The notes under the pieces: generated by a model
What the model saw: the letters and a program-made list of their open reading frames with translations, nothing else
Database searches by the model: none
Told to the model about the DNA's origin: nothing
Made by a program: the position numbers and the translations under genes
Shown: positions 59,601-64,000 of the stretch, piece by piece
Layout: the number at the start of each line of letters is the position of its first letter
How positions within the stretch are numbered: position 1 is the first letter of the stretch
DNA from: Bilabrum cf. latius
Lineage: Eukaryota
Assembly (NCBI GenBank): GCA_965178125.1
Contig: OZ237747.1
Span: 930,001-994,000 of the forward strand
Length of the DNA stretch: 64,000 bases
Reading direction: 5' to 3'

Positions 59601-61277
59601 CTTGCAGTCGGTTCCAGCCGTGACTCGGATGGGGGGCACCAGCGCGGGGCCGTGCATCTTCTCAAGTTGAAAGCAGTGAGGCCGTCCCCATCGCCAACGT
59701 CTTTGCCCATTCCGAGCGTGAGACCCACTCCGGGGAACACCCTCACATCCTCCGCGAGTCCTGCCGCCTCCCCAAGGCCACGGATTCCAGAGATCGATAC
59801 GAACCGACCGTTGATGGCGCGTGTCCTATTCAGCGCCCCGTTTGATGCGGAGCACCTCAAGCCTTGGAACTGGAACCAGAAAACACCCGTTGTTGATGGT
59901 TCCGGTAATGACACGGCCGAACAGACCATCGTGCCAACCACATACATCTTTCGCGGGGCGCTGCTGGAAGCTACTGGCCTGAATGGCTGGGCAGATCTGC
60001 TCGGCCGCGTGTCGCCGGGAGAGTTGCATTCATTTGCACCAGAAGACAGATACGGGCCGACTGCGCACGCTGTTTTATTCAACGTGTCAGCCTCTGGGCT
60101 GGGGGGTCCATTCGGAGACGACGACGGGTTTCCAATAGATGAGGGCGATGATAATGGCGGAGTTGCCGACGATGATGGTGGATCAGGTAACCTATATCCA
60201 TCCCCCCATTTTACCACTGGACCAGTGAGAGTACCGCTTTCAGTGGAACCTGGCAGGAGGCTGTAGACTGACGATGATGAGGGCGGGGAGCCTGTGACCT
60301 TCGACGACACGACCCGGGCAATCGATATACTGCGCGCCATGGACGAAGCCTTGGCGGGACTGTTCGTGCAAGGCACCAATGTGTCGTCTGCGGATGGCAT
60401 TGATTTCCTTACCGTACACGGGGTTCGGCTAGCCAGATACTGCGGCTGCGGGTCTGAGATGGTTTGGGGCGAGCTGTTGCCTGACGGGAGCTGGACCTGC
60501 CCTGAGGAGCCAAAGGCGAGCATGGGGGCATTTCACTGGGTGACGATGGTCCTAGCGGGGCTTGCGGTGTGGGCGCCTGCCGTGCTGGTACTATTGCACC
60601 GTTCAAGCAGGAGCGGGGCCCTGCTTCTGTTCGGTGCCATGCTGCAGCTTGCTGCCATGGTGGGTACGGGCGGCTTGCTGTACGAACTAGCTATTGAGTG
60701 GATCTGCGAGAACGAGAATTATGCAATTGCTTGTGGATGCGCCCTTGGCGTCGGTGCTTTTAGCAACCTGATGCTGTGCAACAACGTCGTCGAGAGGCTC
60801 CGGAAGCTGGACGAAGGCTACTGGAATGAGCAGTGGCAGCTGGCCCTACCTTTGATGTTTCTGCTAGGCCCGAGCGGAGTGGGCTGGATGGAGGTACTGG
60901 TGAGTGACATTGGCAGTTTGGATCTGTTTGGGCTGCTGCGAGGCAAGCATGCGGAGCGCGAGACCTATTTGCAGGCGGCACAGTGCCAGCACTGGCCATC
61001 GCTGCTAATGAGCCACGGCGGACATTTGGCAGTGCAGATGTGGTTCCTGTTTGAAGGAGTCGTTGAGAGCGGGCGAGATGTGAATCTGACCCTGGGGCTG
61101 GCCATTGGGCTGACAGGAGGCTGCATGGTATGGCGGCTCCTGATGGCGGTTGTCGATATCGGGGTGCCGGAGGTTGTGCATGGGCACCGGAGGGCTGCTG
61201 CGGGGGCTGCTAGCAGTGGCCACGGAAGAGCAGACAAAGCCCGGAGCGTTGCTGCAGCGAGGGCAGAGGGTGTCTAA
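56612..61277 (+). CDS. Cell-surface FG-GAP (integrin-alpha-type beta-propeller repeat) protein with a Pro/Ser/Thr stalk and a multi-pass C-terminal membrane domain
   Basis: About 12 repeats of FG..xA..xDxDxDG..ELAVGA..DG..RGAVW. The main frame from ~57000 to TAA 61275-61277 has TAG at 57255, 57462, 58512, 58542, 58935, 59016, 59208, 59250, 59415 and 60264. A probable first exon starts at ATG 56612 (signal peptide MLALILIVAWMVTLMHVSA) with a GTAAGT donor at 56771. Several hydrophobic helices follow 60530. Confidence 0.85.
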
Positions 61278-62732
61278 TTGAAGGATCTTTCTATAAGCTG
61301 CTTTTTCTTCTTTTCCATTGGTGTGTTGCGTCTATCTGATACTAGGAAATCAGTGTACGGGGCGCAATGGTAGCATTTGTTTGCCATTTATTGAGGGACG
61401 GTCTTGCCGATTGCGCCCAATACCAATACTTGGGTCACGCAGAACGGCAAATTGAACACCTGGAGGGGTCAGGCACTATCATCTGCAGGACTTCGCATAG
61501 ATGCTGGAGGCGGGTCTGATAGGCTTATCCGGATTACTGACGCACTGCTCTAGACCTAAAGTAGCCCTAAGAGGGTGTCACGGCCATGCCTCCCGGGTCA
61601 TCGCTTGCGGCGGTAACTAGCGCATGAGTTTGACAGCGTGCTTGGACCGCTCTGGTAGCATGAAGGAGTATCTTTATTTTGGCCGCAGACAACGTATGTG
61701 TGCTGGTGAACGCCTGATAGCAGTTCGAGCACGAACACGAGCACGAGGTGGGCCGTGAAGGCCCCGAGGGATGATATACAATTCTACATATATTCTGAAC
61801 TCGCTCGGTCGCAGAGGGCCTGGCTCAGCGAGTGGACTGGATCCGGTCTCGGGCCTTGAGCGCAATCTTCGTCGCGTGTCTGACTACCGCAGTGGTCTCC
61901 GACATGACCGCCACCTCGCCCATCCCTGCCATTGCATCCTTTGGTACTGTCTCCAGCCTGATGGTACCCGTACTATGCGTGTACTGCACGACTATCAACA
62001 CTTTCATAAAAATCGTAGTCCTCTGGCACTCGTTGGGCCGGGACGAAAGGTGCTGCTGCCGTTTCAAGAGACCATCGAAGTAGACTACTGCGGAGACAAC
62101 TGCTTTGGTGCAACACCCACGAGCAGCTGCTTTGCCTATGCAGCACGCTTGTTGAAAGTGTGCAGAGCGGTGATGCGGACTGCCGTAACACCTGCCGACT
62201 TGAAGCAGCCACATCTCGCATCCATGAGAACGAGAAGGTTCAACAAATTCATCTGACACTATGAATGTACACGCCACTTTCCCAATGCACGCGACTGGAT
62301 GGCCCTATTCTCTTAGCTTGCACGCGCCGGTCCTGGCCGACCTGCCGTGCGCCCCATCTGTCCACCCGCCTGTTGGCCCTCTGCGCGCTGCTGGCCGTGC
62401 AGCCCGCTGCCACTCGCGTCTCCCTCGTGCCTTGCACCTGGAGCCCCCATCCACCCGTTGTGTTCTCCCTGTTGACACCGCACTATCGTCGCCTGTGCCG
62501 GTGTCCCCTCTGTTCTTCTCCACTTCCTGTCCTCCTGCGCCCACCTCATCTTCCAGCTCACCTCTGCTCCCCGTCGCTTCAATCCTGATGTCCGAGTACA
62601 TATAACAGATAGCAGCCACAACAATCCATGGGCACCCAGCAGTCTGCTGGATGATAGCAGCCACAACGATCGTTCCCGGGATGATTGTGACGCGAGCGTT
62701 GTAGGCGCGTCATCTGCACAACCGGAACCTGT

Positions 62733-62923
62733 CCACAACAGGACCACTACCCCCAGTCGATCAAATGAACAAGCCACCTGTCAACAACAGGGCCTCTACC
62801 CCCAGTCGATCAAATGAACAAGCCACCTGCCAACAATAGGACCACTACCCCCAGTCAATCAAACGAACAAGCGACCTGCCAACAACAGGACCACTACCCC
62901 CAGTCGATCAAATGAACAAGCCA
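62733..62923. repeat. 49-bp minisatellite, ~4 copies
   Basis: caacaggaccactacccccagtcgatcaaatgaacaagccacctg(t/c)caa starts at 62736, 62785, 62834 and 62883. Confidence 0.9.
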
Positions 62924-63600
62924 ACGAGGAACAGCACGGCCACAGCATGCCGTGCAAGACAGAGGAGAACGTTGTCGCACACGCATCATCACCAAATTAG
63001 ATGCTCTCCCAAGCCCCTCATTCGTACCCAGTATTGCCCGCTGTATCCCTCAGTGTAGCCACTCCGAAACATACTGGTCTTGCCACCAAACTCGTTTTGC
63101 AGCATACACACTCACCGCAAGCAACGTCGTGTAATGCAAGGTAAGACCGGAACTGTAGAAACTGGGATTGATTTGCGTGAAGGCCGACTCATCTTCCCGA
63201 GGGTACGCCGAAGATACTGATCTCGGCAGTGCTCAAGAAGACACGTACTACAATGTAGTGTAGTTCTGAGTCAGCTTGCAAAAGTTTTAAAAGTTTTCGA
63301 GAGGCCTATCGGCTGGCTCCAAGGGCAATCGGGATGTGTTCGTCTCAGGTTGATCCCTATAAGGAAAAAGTAAACATAACCCATGTCAAACGCACGCTGG
63401 TATATGCACTTATTGCATAGTTGCTGCCAAAGGTCTGCTGCGAGTGCATTTCACCCGGCGCTGCTTCATAACGCACACGGCACGTCAAGGCACAACACTG
63501 CGCAACTCGACTTATGCTTGTATTGCATCCCAAAAACCATAGCAAGGCCGCTAGTGAATCGTAAATCAAGATTATTATTAACATTGTGTCGCAAACGGGG

Positions 63601-64000
63601 CCTGCCACTGGCCACCTTGCTGCTGTGGGCAGCTTGGCGAGCCTGGGTGGGTTGCTGCGCGTCGTCCATTTGACGTCCGCTTGCCTTTGTCTGTGATGGC
63701 GCCTTGATGCGCCTGCCACTGGCCGCCTTTGCTGCTGTGGGCAGCTTGGCGAGCCTGGGTGGGTTGCTGCGCGTTGTCCATTTGACGTCCGCTTGCTTTT
63801 GTCTGTGATGGCGCCTTGATGCGCCTGCCGCTGGCCGCCTTGCTGCTGTGGGCAGCTTGGCGAGCCTGGGTGGGTTGCTGCGCGTCGTCCATTTGACGTC
63901 CGCTTGTTTCTTCTTTGATGGCGCCTTGATGCGCCTGCCACTGGCCGCCTTTGCTGCTGTGGGCAGCTTGGCGAGCCTGGGTGGGTTGCTGCGCGTCGTC
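63601..64000. repeat. ~111-bp tandem repeat, at least 3.6 copies, running off the window end
   Basis: cctgcc(a/g)ctggcc...gcagcttggcgagcctgggtgggttgctgcgcg...ttgatgcg starts at 63601, 63712, 63824 and 63934. Confidence 0.9.

Noticed and set aside
1-61277. Pyrrolysine insertion or programmed leaky readthrough at UAG
   Set aside because: There are up to 12 TAGs per gene, including a tandem TAG-TAG, in unrelated housekeeping genes with no shared downstream context, and they align with Gln.
1-61277. Each TAG being the acceptor of a small in-frame intron
   Set aside because: Most have no suitable upstream GT donor, and in the HDAC and FG-GAP motifs the flanking residues are contiguous with the family consensus.
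61771-62256. 161-aa ORF after the FG-GAP gene
   Set aside because: It has no recognisable motif and similar-length ORFs overlap it in other frames, so I cannot support it as a gene.
62733-62923. CRISPR-like array
   Set aside because: The 49-bp units are contiguous with no unique spacers, the context is eukaryotic, and I saw no cas genes.

Overview
This is GC-rich, gene-dense nuclear DNA from a flagellated microbial eukaryote (axonemal dynein heavy chain, COP9 subunit 8, class I HDAC, BCAS3/ATG18-like protein, GT-AG introns). The main signal is a variant genetic code. Seven of the nine single-copy genes read as one continuous frame broken only by in-frame TAG codons (about 50 counted by eye), and every gene end I could locate is TAA or TGA. 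TAG sits at the conserved Gln of the HDAC 'VVLQxGxD' motif and at the 'SHQKIS' position of FG-GAP repeats. The best explanation is UAG=Gln with UAA and UGA kept as stops, so the supplied ORF track fragments most genes. Positions ~1-21.0 kb hold eight tightly packed genes. Positions ~21.4-56.5 kb are a 35-kb tandem array of a two-gene unit: a signal-peptide/RRM-like gene 'B' and an ankyrin-like gene 'A2'. The array has long (~6 kb) and deleted (~3.04 kb) units, variable blocks shuffled between copies, and a 19-nt AG/GT duplication that may be a newly formed micro-intron. The window ends with a large FG-GAP multi-pass membrane gene and two minisatellites. All family calls come from recognising motifs by eye; no searches were run.
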